A DNA stretch of 64,000 nucleotides from Octopus sinensis. Its lineage: Eukaryota. The DNA lies in the NCBI RefSeq assembly GCF_006345805.1, contig NC_042997.1:88102001-88166000 (forward strand), in the 5' to 3' direction. Both the position numbers and the translations under genes were made by a program. Below, piece by piece: positions 25,269 to 39,869 of the stretch (positions are counted from its first letter, which is position 1; each line of letters starts with the position of its first letter). Below the pieces are notes generated by a model, which made no database searches, was not told the origin of the DNA, and saw only the letters and a list, made by a program, of their open reading frames with translations.

Positions 25269-25808
25269 CCGCTTAATAATTTCATTGGAGGCAATGCAAG
25301 CAGAAACTAGAGGAACATAATTAATAACCACACTCAAAATCAAATATATACATATATTCTTCTACATTTATAAAACGGATATAAAAAATACAAATATATA
25401 AATATAAAAATACATATAAATAGATAAATATCGATGTGATATATAAAACACAGTGAATTTTAGATTTAGAAGTTACAATACATTGGTGTCATAAAAATTG
25501 AGCTGATAAAACATTAAAAGGACGTACTAAAATACCATGAAAATAATAGAAACATTTTAAAATTCCATCTACGGCCCGTGGATGGAATTTTTTATTTTTG
25601 TATTATTTTCGTGGTGCTTTAGTACGTTCTTTTAATGTTTTATCAGCTCAAATTTTTATTACACCAATGTATTATAACTTTTAAATCTAAAATTCACTGT
25701 GTTTTATATAAATGTAGAAGAATATATGTATATATTTGATTTTGAGTGTGGTTATTCATTATGTTCCTCTAGTTTCCGCTTGCATTGCTTCCATTGAGGT
25801 TATTAAGT

Positions 25809-25810
<2 letters not shown>
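25269..25810. repeat. Long fold-back inverted repeat, ~235-bp paired arms, centre 25575, ~71-bp insertion in the left arm
   Basis: Centre AAAATTCCATCTACGG-C-CCGTGGATGGAATTTT; arms alignable end to end at roughly 90% identity (hand count). Confidence 0.95.
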
Positions 25811-25861
<51 letters not shown>

Positions 25862-27464
25862 ATATATAGTTGAATAAAATTTAGGTAAAAACCTTGTACT
25901 CTATACAAAGTTCATCCTCTGTTATTGGCTACCAAATGTCATTGTACAGTGGGACTTATTCATCTCTTTGTACAACATACATGCATGGTGGTGGTTGTTT
26001 TGGACTCCTTATGCAGAGAAGGACCATCTCTTGTATTTACACCTTAGATCTATCATGGCAGCTGATGTGGCTATTTAAACTAGACAATGATTTGAAAAGA
26101 CACCCACATAGATTGCATGTCTTGATTTGGACCACCAAGAACTACAGTTAAGTTCTGATCTTTGTGGATCTTAGAATGTCTCTTGAGGCCTCTGTTAGAT
26201 TTGCAGACCTTATGGCATATACAGCATGCATGCATTCATCAATCAATCAAACAATGGATCACAGATCTGAAAAAGAAGCACCCTCTAAAAGTTAGAGCAG
26301 TAATGCATTTATATGCAGTTAAGTATATGTCCGGTCATAGAGTGACTAATGGTTCCACATTCATAAAGCTATGACCAGACATATATTTAACTTCATGTAA
26401 ACACACACACATACACACATTCACACACACACATTCACACACACACATTATATACAGTGGTGGATCTCCTTTGTTTGACACAGATTCAGTTGCTTGATCA
26501 ACTGAAGAACCTGCACCCAAATTAACATGTAAATAGCTGAGCATTCCAAGACAGATGTAGCCTTAATGTAAGTCTTCGGCAGAATCAGTATGATACTGTG
26601 TGTGACAAGGTTTTCACCTTTTAAAATTACAGATACAATCCACTTGATGGCCTTCCATACAGTTTCACTTAAAAGATATATAGAAAATGGCATTTGCTTG
26701 AGGTGCCTCTCATTGCTGACTTTATTCATCTGGTACACACTAATTGGTCAACATTCATGTTGTTTTTGTGGTTCAAGGCTCATTCCATCACTAACCATTT
26801 CATAGCATAGACCAGGTGCATTTCATCATTCCACCAACACTGGAAATGTTCTCTTTGGAAAGACAAAAATGTCCATTCAGCTTTCTATCAGTTATATTTG
26901 AAGTTACTATGCTTCCAGACAGATTACCTGTAATGTGGCTTGCAGAGTCAACAACTTCATTCTTTCACTTTTATTTGAATTTTATAATTGTTTGCTCTTC
27001 CTATTACCTATCATGCTACAATGTGGAAAGGATACACTTTATTGCACCATCAGTGCTAGAGAGATTGTCTGCAACAGATGTAAAGAGTTTTGTACACCAT
27101 ATCAATTCTTATTCAGAATTACTGTCCTCTTAGAAAAATTGCTTTTAATGTAGCTTGAGGAGTTCATGTCTCCTTTATATCTTATAATACTGACACAAAT
27201 GAATCCCCTAATTGCGACATAAGATCTCTTGGTAAAGTAGTCAACATTGTTTCAAATCCTGATGGCTCTAAATTTGTTGCACAGGCCAACCAGCATGCAT
27301 TCTCTCTGTGATGGCTCATAATACTGAATTAGTTAAGTGTGAACCAATGAGAGAGTTTCTAGGAAATTTGTTAATCTGCTAGAAATAACAGCTTAATCTA
27401 ATTCAAAGAACACTTTGCCATATTAAATAAGCTTATGATGCAGTGAATAATATGCCCTACATCA

Positions 27465-27752
27465 TTATCATCATCATCATTGTTTAATGTCCACCTTCCA
27501 TGTTGGCATGAGTTGGACGGTTTGACAGGAGTTGACCAGATAGAAGACTGCACCAGGTTACTGTATCTGTTTTGGCATGATTTTTACAGCCAGATACCCT
27601 ACCTATTATCAACAACCCCACAGTGTGGATTGAGTGCTTTTTACATGGCACCAGCACTAGCGAGGTCAGTTTTGGCATGGTTTTTACAACTAGATGCCCT
27701 TCCAAACGCCAACCACTTCACAGTGTGGAGTGAATACATTTTATGTAGCACC
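27465..27752 (-). mobile_element. SINE-like or truncated-LINE copy carrying the RTE-type 3' tail
   Basis: Minus strand GGCATC.AG..GTAAAA..CCAACTCATGCCAACATGGAAGGTGGACATTAAAC(ATG)n, as at 47395-47556. Confidence 0.7.
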
Positions 27753-27789
27753 ATCAGGTTCACCAAGTATCCTCTCAGCTGGGATGCCT

Positions 27790-28010
27790 TGAACCCTTTA
27801 GCATTTAAACCAGTCATATCAAGCCCAAATATTCTTCCTGTTTTAATCGAAACTGGCTACTTTCAGTCTCTCACATCTATAATGTCATTCTAAAGATAAC
27901 AATCACATCATTGAAATCTCAAAGCTATGAGACAATGCAAGTTTAATTCAAAATAGTGTGAATATAGAAACATTACATTTGACAGAGTAATCTGAATGCT
28001 AAAGGGTTAA
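27790..28010 (+). mobile_element. piggyBac-like MITE
   Basis: TGAACCCTTTAGCATTT...GAATGCTAAAGGGTTAA. Confidence 0.75.
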
Positions 28011-28742
28011 TCATAGAATTGCTCAATCAGGACTGACCTGGAACTAAACAACAATGAAAACAATATAAGATCAACAATTTGTCATTAGTAACATTGTCAA
28101 TAAGATAACAGATGGGAATCATAGAAGCAATCTCTCACTCTCAACAGATTTGTTGTAAATAGAAGTAATCTCTCACTCTCAAGAGACATGTTGTAAGATG
28201 TGTTGCATGCTACATGAGAGTCTCAATAGTAATACACTCCCAACATTCTCTAACACCCATTGTAAAATGTATAGCCCATGTGATTAAGAAATTTGCATCA
28301 CATCTACCTGATTTCAGATTCAGTCCCATTTCGTGACACTTGGGCAAGTGACTCCTCAAGTAAACCAATACCTTGTAAGTGAAAACTATGTAGGTTCTCA
28401 TTTATAATGCATCAACTATGCTCCTCAGGCAGTAACTTATCTCAGTTTTCATCATAGATTTAATGTTGAACACTAATTACCTCTACCCATGAAATTAAAA
28501 AGTGATTGAAAAAATAGAAATAACTTCAGTGCTGGAAGAAAAAGGTCATGTATATGATGCAAGAACATTATTTATTTATTTTTGTCAGTTTTAGAAAAAC
28601 TCGAAATGAATCTCATTAACCAGTTATGGCTGTCTTTTAAACTACATAGTGTCGCAATTTATACTAATGATTATCTTATCATCTTTTTCTATTCCTTTTC
28701 ATGTGTGTGTATGTGTGTACATACACACACACATAAGCATAA

Positions 28743-28910
28743 GCATGGCTGTGTAGTGAGAAGTTTGCTTCTCAACCACATGGTTTCAGGTTCAGTCCCA
28801 CTTTGCAGTATTTTGAACAAGTGTCTGCTACTATAGCTTCAGGCTAATAAAATATCTTGTGAGTGGATTTGGTTGTCAGAAACTGAAAGAAGCCCACCAT
28901 GTGTGTGTGA
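28743..28910 (+). mobile_element. tRNA-derived SINE (third family), truncated
   Basis: GCATGGCTGTGTAGT.AGAAGTTTGC..GGTTCAGTCCCACT..GTGAGTGGATTTGG..AACTGAAAGAAGCCC; relatives at 37796-38150, 52820-52960, 58780-59170. Confidence 0.65.
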
Positions 28911-29179
28911 GTGTGTGTGTGTGTATATATATATATATTCTTTTTTTTTTTCAGTCATTTGACTATGGCCATGCTGGAGCAACACCTGGAGTTTTAGTCA
29001 AACAAAGCAACCCCCCAGGACTTATTATTTTTTTTAGCTTGTTACTTATTCTACCAGGCTCTTTTGCCAAACTGCTATGTTTCAGGGATGTAAATATACC
29101 AACATCGGTTGTCAAGTGATGGTTGGGGGATAAACACAGACACAAAGACACATACACATAAACATACATATATATATAT

Positions 29180-29600
29180 ATTTACCCAGTCCACTTCTGC
29201 ATATCTTTCCTCCTTGGGACACAAAACTCTGCTTGTGAAGACCTATTGAGGCAATTGAAATCGATCAAAAATCAATGGAAATTGTAGTTGTGATACCAGT
29301 GCTGGTGGCACGTAAAAAGATCCATCCGAACATGGCCGTTGCCAGCGCCACCTCAACTGGCCTCCATGCCGGTGGCACATAAAAAGCACCAACTGATCGT
29401 GGCTGTTGCCAGCCTTGCCTGGCATGTAAAAAACACCCACTACACTCAGGGAGTTGTTGGTGTTAGAAAGGGCATCCAGCTGTAGAAACACTGCCAGATC
29501 AGACTGGTGCCTGGTGCAGCCTCCTGGCTTCCCAGACCCGGGTTGAACCGTCCAACCCATGTTAGCATGGAAAACGGATGTTAAATGATGATGATGATGA
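29180..29600 (+). mobile_element. RTE-tailed SINE-like element with GGCAC(G/A)TAAAAAGCACC subrepeats
   Basis: Ends CCAACCCATGTTAGCATGGAAAACGGATGTTAA(ATG)n; 5' part matches the 1-868 array; further copies at 37137-37283, 40300-40652 and 43637-43915 (-). Confidence 0.75.
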
Positions 29601-29873
29601 TATATATATTGGCCTGCTCACTTAGCCAGTGGGGTGGCATTATTTGAAGGTTAAAACAATGCGAATGCATTGTGACCAGTGATGTGTAGCAACATCTGAT
29701 GGTCTGGTCGGTCACGTGATCATGTGATATATATATATATAATAATATGAGGGAATATTATTCCAAACTTACAGGGAATAATTCAATTTAAAAATACTAA
29801 ATCAAATTTCACAAAATATAATATATATATATATATAAATTAGAATTGATAAAAGGTGTTTTTTTCCAATTTT

Positions 29874-29908
<35 letters not shown>

Positions 29909-30427
29909 TCAATTGGCTTCTTTCAGTTTTCCTCTACCAAATCCATTCACAAGACTTTGGTCAGCCCAAGGTGCCACATAGTAGGACTGAACCTGGAACC
30001 ATGTGGTTGTGAAGCAAGCTTCTTAACACACAACCACAACTGCACATATATATATATATGAATGTATGTATGGGTGTATATGAGTTAGTCTCTTTGCCTT
30101 GATATCATGAGATAGTTGCAGGCGAATGTCACCATCATGCAAGCAGTGTCTTCTATTTCCAAGTGTTCTTCAAATCATGTCTGACCATGGGAAAATATTA
30201 ACTTGGAAACAGGTGAGGATTGGGGAAAGGAAAGATATCTGGCTTTAGAAAATTGACCCATACAAGCTTGGAAAAACAGACATTAAAATCAATGTTGATG
30301 ATGATTGTGTGTATATTCATATACAAACAAGCATATATGTATATATGTGTATACATCCATACACAAACATGTATACACACACATGCATATATATATACAC
30401 ACATCCGCATGCATATATGTATATGCA

Positions 30428-30478
<51 letters not shown>

Positions 30479-31836
30479 AAATAAGCAACAGAAGATCAAG
30501 AGGTGATGCAGTACAACCATTTCAAGCAGCTCCATTTAATTGAACAATGCAATCATTACATCAATTTAAATGCAGGGCTATCCTCAGCTGCATAAATAAA
30601 TAGAATTTTTAATCAGTTGGACACATATTTTTTTCCGATTTTTTTTCTGATTCTTAGCTTATAATTAATATAAAGATAGCATGATTTATTGCCCCAGTTT
30701 TCCATAAGTAAACACCCAGAGCAATCTTTATGGAAACCACCTAATAAATAAATAATTAAGGACAGGAATGAATATTAAACTAATTCTATGTAATCTTCTC
30801 TTTCTAATGTTGAAAATTGGAATATATATACACATTTTATCTATTCTGGTTATATCATTTTTAATAATCTTAAATTTTATCTTTATACAACATAACAATA
30901 TTGTTTATATCCATAGTACCCCATGATAATTTCCTCTGTATTAACATCATAGGTTTTATTAGCATCTAGCCCCTTTAACTGGTAATTAATATCTAGTAAT
31001 TAACAGCCTACTTATAGACAATTACTTATACAAGTCCTAAAATCCTGACAATATTCATGACCATACCCATATATACTCATGCACATGCATATATGTATAT
31101 GCTTGCACAAAGAATCATATATACATGACATATGAGTGTCTGTTAGTCAGTGTATGGACACTAAATAACTTTTTGTTTTGTTTTTATCTTTTAGTTATAT
31201 AAACTTAAAAGGAACAATGGCACAATTAAATTTTTACTATTTGCAGGAAAAAAAGTTCAAATTCAGCTATGTGTTTAAAGCTATTTTTGACAACTTTTTT
31301 TTTAATGTAATAAAATTCTTTATCTAATTACTTTCAAAGAAAGGAGTTGGAAAAAAGTGAGTTACATATCATAGCATAAGAGACAGAATTGATTATCTTT
31401 ATGAAGAAAACTTCTGCTTTTGCAGCTTGATAAATGTTCTGCAAACACTCAATGTCTATTAGAATAGTTTAAGTTTTGCTATGATACAGACCTCTTATAC
31501 AATCTGTGCTTCAATTTAATATCTGCTTTACAGATTACTCAGGAGTTTTTTGAGGGAGCTGTGATAATCAACATTGTGTTCAATATAATGGAAATATAAA
31601 AAAGTGCAAGCTGGCTGAATCATTAGCATGTTGGGCAAAATGCTTAGCAGCATTTTGTCCAGCTTTATATTCTGAGTACAAATGCTGTCCAGGTCAACGT
31701 TGCCTTTCATCCTTTCAGGACCAATAAAATAAGTTCCAGTTGAACACTGGGGTTGTGCCAAAATTTGAAACCAATATAATGGAAATGAAAAAGAAGTAAA
31801 AAATAATTGACTATACCTACCATCCTACAATATATA

Positions 31837-32325
31837 CAGGATGTCTTAGAATTAACTGTTTCAGTGAAATCAGACAATTTTTTTAAAAATTCATTTTTAT
31901 CTATGTTTATCAAGTTTAATATGCGTTAAAAGTGTATAAATTTTATAATTTTATTTTTCATTCCTGTTGGATCCTCCTTATTTGTCCACAACAGCTTTTT
32001 TTCCAGCACTGCAATCATTTTCTCTACCTTCATCCCCATGATGGAGCAATAATTTAGCTGAACTTAAAGAATACATTCTGTTAGCAGTGCAAGAGAGAAA
32101 CTCGTGAAATGCTTCAAAATGAATTTCACAATGCTAAGAGTAGATTTGAAATTTGCAAGGATGCAGACAGATCACATGTTGAAAATTTTCAATCAAGTTT
32201 TAGCATAGGATTTATCAATCTATTCGTTTTAGTATCATGATTAAGTAATAAACATAAAATTCTATCAGTATTTTTAAAATTTGTCCTATTTCATGAAAAT
32301 AGATAGTTAATTCTGGTACACTCTG
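31837..32325 (+). mobile_element. Internally deleted Tc1/mariner-type element
   Basis: TA|CAGGATGTC...GTACACTCTG|TA termini; interior NLAELKEYILLAVQE / REMLQNEFHNAKSRFEICKDADRSHVENF resembles a transposase C-terminus. Confidence 0.5.
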
Positions 32326-33226
32326 TATATTACACAAACATATAGAGAGTAACAATTTTGTGCACCAAGGATACCTTTTATTTCAGGAGTCAGGGAACTA
32401 ACATTACCCTCACTTCAATGACCTAAACTACCAAAAGAATAAAAAATATATGTGGGATAAGGGTGTATTTGTGCATGTGTGTATTTAAAAGTAAAAAAGA
32501 TGCATCTGAACTTTAGCAATAAATAATAACTCAACCATAAATAATAATAATAATAATAATGAAAGTAGTGAAAAATGCCTTCAGAATGCCCTATTAGGAA
32601 AATATATGTTGAAATATTAACATATGTGCCTGAAGCTATATAGTACAAAGATACATCTAAATCTAGGCAGTATGATTTTTTGCTCATCTAAGTAGGATGT
32701 GCATAATAACTCAATAGGTAGTCAGTGATATGATTTTATGGGAAATAAACAAACTAAAAGAATGAACCTCAAATATGCCACATAAAGGAAACAAAATACC
32801 TACCATCACTTATCTTGCAGGAGATCTAGGTGATTATTCACTTCAACTGCTGTAGAAGAAAGTTGCTTGTTTAGCCACACAATATTTAGCACAATAAATC
32901 AATCAGGATTGGGAAAAGGGATGATGTGATTAGTTTATATATCCCTGAGATACAGTGACTGTCTTAGAAAGATAGTGAAAAAGTCCTCATTATTGTTCTA
33001 CTGCAGGAATATAATGAATTAGGACACTTAAATACATGCCAGAAGCTATGTAGTAGATAACTTCCTACAAACCTAGGCAATGCAATCTTAGTTCATCTGA
33101 GGGACATACTGTATCACTGAGAGTGCATGATGACTCAACATGTAGTTAGTACTGTAACTTCATGTGTAAATGAATAAAACAAGAATGGACCTCTATGTGT
33201 GAGTGTGTGTGTGTGTGTGTGTGTGT

Positions 33227-34935
33227 AAACACATTTTGGTTCAATGAGTAAGAAATTCCTCACACAATCATGATGTCTGATGTGTGATATCTTGGGCAAG
33301 AGCCTCAGATTGATCAAAGTCTTCTGAGTAAAATTGGAAAGACAGAAATTGTAAGAAGGCTCATTGTATAGATTGTACCTCTAATTCAAATTACAGCCTC
33401 GTCACACTGTATCATGCTGATTCTGCCTAAGAATTGTGCTAAGGATGTTGAATATTCAGCTATTTACTCATCAATTCAATGAGTAGGTAATTCAATTAAT
33501 TAAACAATTGAATGCTCATCATCCAAAGCATTAGAGATCTTTTTGTTCTGTTACTTTATAAATGCTATTATTTAGTTCTATTTCTAGATTTCTTGCTAAT
33601 GGAGAAAGAGCTGGTTTCTAACCTAGATCCAAAGCTCCTTCATTGGAATTTCCCCAATATCAATAGGAGAGTTGTGCATGTATGTGTGTGTGTATGTGCA
33701 AGTACTTGGAGCTAGTGTATGTGCAGGTCTCTATGCTTTGTTTTATATATGTATATTCATACATACAGTTGCATATCTAGACATGTGCAATGTATACTTA
33801 TAATGCTAACTTTTTGGAAAGTTTTACATACTTTGACTGTTCCATTAATGGATTATATCTGTTGTTTTCTAGTTAGCTATCTGTTTTCTGCTTTTGAGAA
33901 CCCTAATTTCTCAAGATTGGTGAAGAGGCAATTGGTTACATATCCAAGTGCTCCAATCTGAACTTGCAATCTGGGTGAGGGTGATATAACTGTAAGTTTC
34001 TTAATAGTCTAGTGAAGGCATATTGTGTTTCACTGATCTTTACCTTTATGTTGATATCTTCTAGGTAACTTGTGTGTGTGTGTGTGTGTGTGTGTGTAAA
34101 CACATTTTGGTTCAATGAGTAAGAAATTCCTCACACAATCATGATGTCTGATGTGTGATATCTTGGGCAAGAGCCTCAGATTGATCAAAGTCTTCTGAGT
34201 AAAATTGGAAAGACAGAAATTGTAAGAAGGCTCATTGTATAGATTGTACCTCTAATTCAAATTACAGCCTCGTCACACTGTATCATGCTGATTCTGCCTA
34301 AGAATTGTGCTAAGGATGTTGAATATTCAGCTATTTACTCATCAATTCAATGAGTAGGTAATTCAATTAATTAAACAATTGAATGCTCATCATCCAAAGC
34401 ATTAGAGATCTTTTTGTTCTGTTACTTTATAAATGCTATTATTTAGTTCTATTTCTAGATTTCTTGCTAATGGAGAAAGAGCTGGTTTCTAACCTAGATC
34501 CAAAGCTCCTTCATTGGAATTTCCCCAATATCAATAGGAGAGTTGTGCATGTATGTGTGTGTGTATGTGCAAGTACTTGGAGCTAGTGTATGTGCAGGTC
34601 TCTATGCTTTGTTTTATATATGTATATTCATACATACAGTTGCATATCTAGACATGTGCAATGTATACTTATAATGCTAACTTTTTGGAAAGTTTTACAT
34701 ACTTTGACTGTTCCATTAATGGATTATATCTGTTGTTTTCTAGTTAGCTATCTGTTTTCTGCTTTTGAGAACCCTAATTTCTCAAGATTGGTGAAGAGGC
34801 AATTGGTTACATATCCAAGTGCTCCAATCTGAACTTGCAATCTGGGTGATATAACTGTAAGTTTCTTAATAGTCTAGTGAAGGCATATTGTGTTTCACTG
34901 ATCTTTACCTTTATGTTGATATCTTCTAGGTAACT
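33227..34935 (+). repeat. Tandem duplication, period 871 bp, copies 33227-34070 and 34098-34935, bounded and separated by (GT)n
   Basis: Identical ORF pairs 33512/34383 and 33719/34590; only a 6-bp indel seen (CTGGGTGAGGGTGATA vs CTGGGTGATA). Confidence 0.97.
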
Positions 34936-37900
34936 TGTGTGTGTGTGTGTGTGTGTGTAATTACGTGTGATGCAAGTGGGCAGGTGGGTGAAAGACAGGC
35001 AGGCATAATAACAAACCAAATCAAATATATTTGCCTTGAAGTGATCTAGTCAAACTTTCTTCTATTGATACAAATATATTCTAACCTTAAAGTAAAAAAA
35101 AAAAAGACAGCCAAAACCATAGGCTTTTAGTAGCCATATACTCTCCATCAATGTGTATGTAAAAAGAAGAAGAAATATTCTATTCATTTTCCTATCATAA
35201 AACCTAATTGTATCCAATCTTTCAGTCCTAAGACCTTCTTTTCAAACCTTGCTATTATTATATACATTAATGGAATTCTTTCAAGTTTCCATTGAATAAA
35301 TGAAAGATTTTCTTTATAGTTAACCTTATGGCTAACAATATTTCTTGATTTACATGATAATTATTTCTTCTCTTATAAACATTTCCTCTTCTATTTTTGT
35401 TGGTCTTTATTCAACATACATTTTCATCTCTTGTCCAAGACATTCCACTGAAGATTTCTTACAATCTCTCATTGAAATTCAGTTTTATGAACTCATATTT
35501 TCTTCAAACATATGCCATTATCAAATCATTTTTACTTAACCATCTTAAAGAAACATTGATAATGCACTACTTAGTCCTTGTTCGCGTGTGTGTGTGTGTG
35601 TGTGTGTGTGTAATAAAAAGATATTTGTTAGTTCTGTATCATTTGTCTGTATATGTGTGTGTGTCACTGCACATGTGTGTATATGCACATAACATTATAA
35701 ATCAATTTCAAACTGTGTATGTACATGTGTATGTATGTTTGTATCTCTGAGTATGTATGTATGAATTTAAGTGAAATGAATACAAATTCTATCTAAGCTA
35801 TATCTGTATATGTGTGCTTGTATGCACACATGCACATATAGGTTTTGAAATGTGATACAAATTAACTGTAAATCATACATGCATATCTAAATGTATGCTC
35901 ACATGAAGTGTTGGATATATTATAATTAAATCTCTTTTAAGCAGTCAATAGCTCATAGAAGTATGTTTACATGTGTGAAGTACATGACAAAACAGATGGC
36001 ATTGTTGCACATGCCTTTTGTTACTATAAGCAGTCTCACCTACATTTGCTTTCTTTTATCAGCTGTACTACTATTTATGTCTTTCTCAACACAATAAGCA
36101 TATGAAGCATTTTATTGTTTGTATACATTTTGTAGCATCATTAATGCTGAAGGATTATTGCATCTGCAGACTGATGCAAATTATATATGATTTATATCTC
36201 TGTATCACTTTTATATATTGAGGGGTCATATAACAGGACTCCTTTAGGTATCCCAGTTCTATTATAGATGTACAACCTAACACAACTCATAGGGTGGATC
36301 TCTAAACTGTAAGTTATCTCTAGTTTTTGCTGTGTGGATGAAACACAAATCTACAACTAAATAAGACAATCTGCAAATAAGTTTACTCAAAAGGCATCGT
36401 AAATATTCACCCAGGTCTGATGAGATATGTTCTGTGACACATCTTTATCAAATACTTAGTAGAATATGAATTTGCAATCAGTGAGTTTATAATCTATATA
36501 AACACTATATTCACTTAGCTATTTCTCAAGAGCTTCATTTCTGTTTAAATGTCAACCAATATAAACCAGAAAGAATATACTCTATGCTAATTCTCAAAAG
36601 TCCATCCTTATCCAGCTACATGGCAATTTCAAGAGTTAACTTAATGCAACATGCACATAAAATTACACTGCAGCTCACAAAATTAACACTACTATATGAC
36701 CCAGTACCAAGCTGATAAGAGGTTTTTCAGAATACTAAATAACATTTTTTATCATCAGATGCCTAACGATAGTGTATGTTGTTGAATTCAGATTTATTTT
36801 TATTTCAAAACTATTAATGTATACAAATCCTAGTACTTACTCTTTTAAGCATAGATTTTGTTGACCCCCTCCTCCTATTCATTTTTTAAAAAATATACTT
36901 TTCTTTAATGGTCTTCAGATTTTTACGTTTTGTACATCAGAGATTCAGAATCTGCAAAAAGTAAAAAAAGAAAATGTTTATTTTTACATTAAAATGTTGA
37001 AAGATATAATAATTAAAATGGGTTTTATTTTTTAAGCAAAAACTTATAAGGATTAGAGGATATATAACTTCAAAAATTACTGACACACTCACAGACACAT
37101 ACATGCATATGTATATAAATATTTGTAAATTGTAAAGTGATTGGCATTAGGAGGGGGGCATCCAATTATAGAAACCATGCCAAAACAGATACTGGAATTT
37201 TGTACTGAACTGCCATTCATCAGATCCTGTCATTCTGTCCAACCCATGTCAGCATGGAAAACAGGTATTAAATGATTATGGTGAGAAGGACGGTCTTCAT
37301 TCTTAATAAATTGAAACTGAAGGAACATTATTTTAAATTTTCAGAAAATTAAAATATTGCTTCCAAATGTAAACAAAATATATTTATATAAACTTCAATC
37401 TCAAATGAAATTATTTACATACAAAAGAGAAGTACTTCAGTTGTACAAATTTTAATTAGTTTCTGATCTATAAAGAAATTAATTAAAAATATTTCTCTTT
37501 GTCTTTATTAAAATAAAACAAAATTTACAGATTTTGAGTCTGACATTCAAAGGATAGAAACCAAACACTGTTTTTAAAAAACTGCATAATAAACAATGTA
37601 TGACGTGGATATAAAAGAATCTATGCATAAGCAAATAAGTGACTAAATATGTCATTAACTCCACCTTAGTCTCTCTCTGTTTCTGTACTATATGCCTTTC
37701 ATGGATATATTTATTTCTGTCTCCATACCATCTCTGCTCAAATCTCTCTCTCATTCTATTTTTCATTTTCTCATATTTTTCTTATGTTTTCAGGCATGGC
37801 TGTGTGTTAAAAAGTTTGCTTCCCCAACCACATAGTTTCAGGTTCAGTCTCACTGCATAACACTACTATGTTCTTGAGTCAACCAAAGCCTTGTGAGTGG

Positions 37901-39869
37901 GTTTAGTAGACAGACACTGAAAGAAGTTTATTGTTTGTGTGTGAGTGTGTTTTTGAGTCTGTCTTTGTGTCTCTCCCTCACCACCACCACTTGACAACCA
38001 ATGCTGGTTTGTGTATGTCCCTATTATGTAGCAGTCTGGTAAAAGAGGTGGACAGAATAGGTACTGGGGTTAACTTGTTCATCTAAGATCCTTCAAGGAA
38101 TTGCCCCAGAATGGTCACAGTTCATTGACTGAAACAAGTGAAAGAAAGATAAAAGAAAGAATCTATCCTCCATGGAGAACCTTATGTTTCTACATTTATA
38201 TTGAAAATAGCTTGTTCTATTCAGTCTGAAGTGTAAACTCTAGGGCTCTATTTGAGGTTAGTAGAGGTTCCACAAAACATAAGGCTAAATAAGGAAATAT
38301 AATTTTGAATCATTTTTGTATTTTCTTCTCCATCCATAATGTTATTATAATTATGGGTCATATTCTCCAAGAGAAATTCTGGTATTTGTAAAGAGATCCT
38401 GCAGAAAAAATAACCTCACCTCCAGAAATCTTGGTAAAGAAGAAATTTTTTAAACCTTCTTTGTGACATCCCATCATAGTTTTGTGATTTGGTTAATTTC
38501 TTATGAAAGTTAAATGTATGTGAATTTTCATGAAATAAGGAATGTAAATTAGAGTTTCCCCAAGAGTAAAATGGAAACACAACACAGTTTGGGCAAATGA
38601 TTGAAGTTCTATTAGCTGTGAGAAAGATTCTGTAATACAGGTGCCATGACAAAGTACCAAGATTTTTTTTGTTTTTCTATGTGGGAGATGTCTAACACAC
38701 TACTTAGTTCTTGGGTGTTTTCAGCAGTATTCACACTCCTGCAAGCATCCAAAAGAAGCCCATGATTTGAAGATAAAACAATACTCAATTTTTATCAAGG
38801 ATTATTCATGGAATAGTGCCCCAGTGAAGGATTACTACCAGATATAAGATTAGGCACTCAAATCAGAAGGTAACTCCAAATCATCTGACACATAGTCCTA
38901 AATCCACACCTCCTTTAGTTTGGGTTACCTGCAGCTCATCTCATGAACCAGGGATTACTTTTCCCTTCCCACTAGAACATTTATCTTAATAATCACAAAT
39001 ATATATAACTAAATCTGGGAAAAATCCATTGAAATTGGTTTATATATATATATAAAATATAAATAATATAAATATATATGGGCAACATACACACACATAC
39101 ACACACGTACGTACATACACCTATTACATATATGTTTTTTGTATGCATACATGTTCATAAACAGAAATGAATGAAAAAATGCTGGTAAATTTGTAGATTA
39201 ACACTCGCACGATTTTCACTAAGAAAAAAAAATCAGATTTTTTCCGTGGAATCAACTACTCTGGCCTCCTAATATGCTACAAAACCCTTTTTGTGGTCCT
39301 AAAATGGGGTGGGTTGTGGTGGCAGCCTCAGAAATTGTACCCTGACAAATTGTTACCTACTTCTTTGTTTCTTTGTTGTTAAATAAATGGATTCTCAACA
39401 AAACACTTTTTTCCTCGGCATAAAATATAAACAAAAATTAACATGCCCAAAGTAATGTGTGTGTTTGAGAGGGTGGGGAGAAACATGAACGATTTAAAAT
39501 GAATAAATGATTTAAAATATATTTTAATTATTGTGTGAGAAAGTATACATAATCTGATTATAAAATATAGTGTCTTTCAAAAACATCCTAAATTTGAAGA
39601 CTATATCTCATGTTTAAGAAAAAAACAAAACATTTTACATTTCTATTTTTGATGAATGCTGTCACTTTCTCTCTCTCTCCCACTTTTCTGTACCTTTTTT
39701 TGTTAGACACTGTCAAACACTCTCTCTCCCTCACACACACACACATACATACATCAACACACAACTTCTCCCTCTCCCTCACACACACACATACATCAAC
39801 ACACAACTTCTCTCTCACCCTTACACACACACACACTTTCACTTGGCTATGGCAAGAAGGGACATAACT

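Noticed and set aside
25890-27300. Coding-like stretch, possibly old LINE or LTR sequence
   Set aside because: No diagnostic motif in any frame.
31232-31300. Strong acceptor TTTTTACTATTTGCAG|G
   Set aside because: No good donor; following sequence is T-rich and not coding-like.
36410-36460. CTGATGA followed by a hairpin
   Set aside because: No GAAA after the stem.
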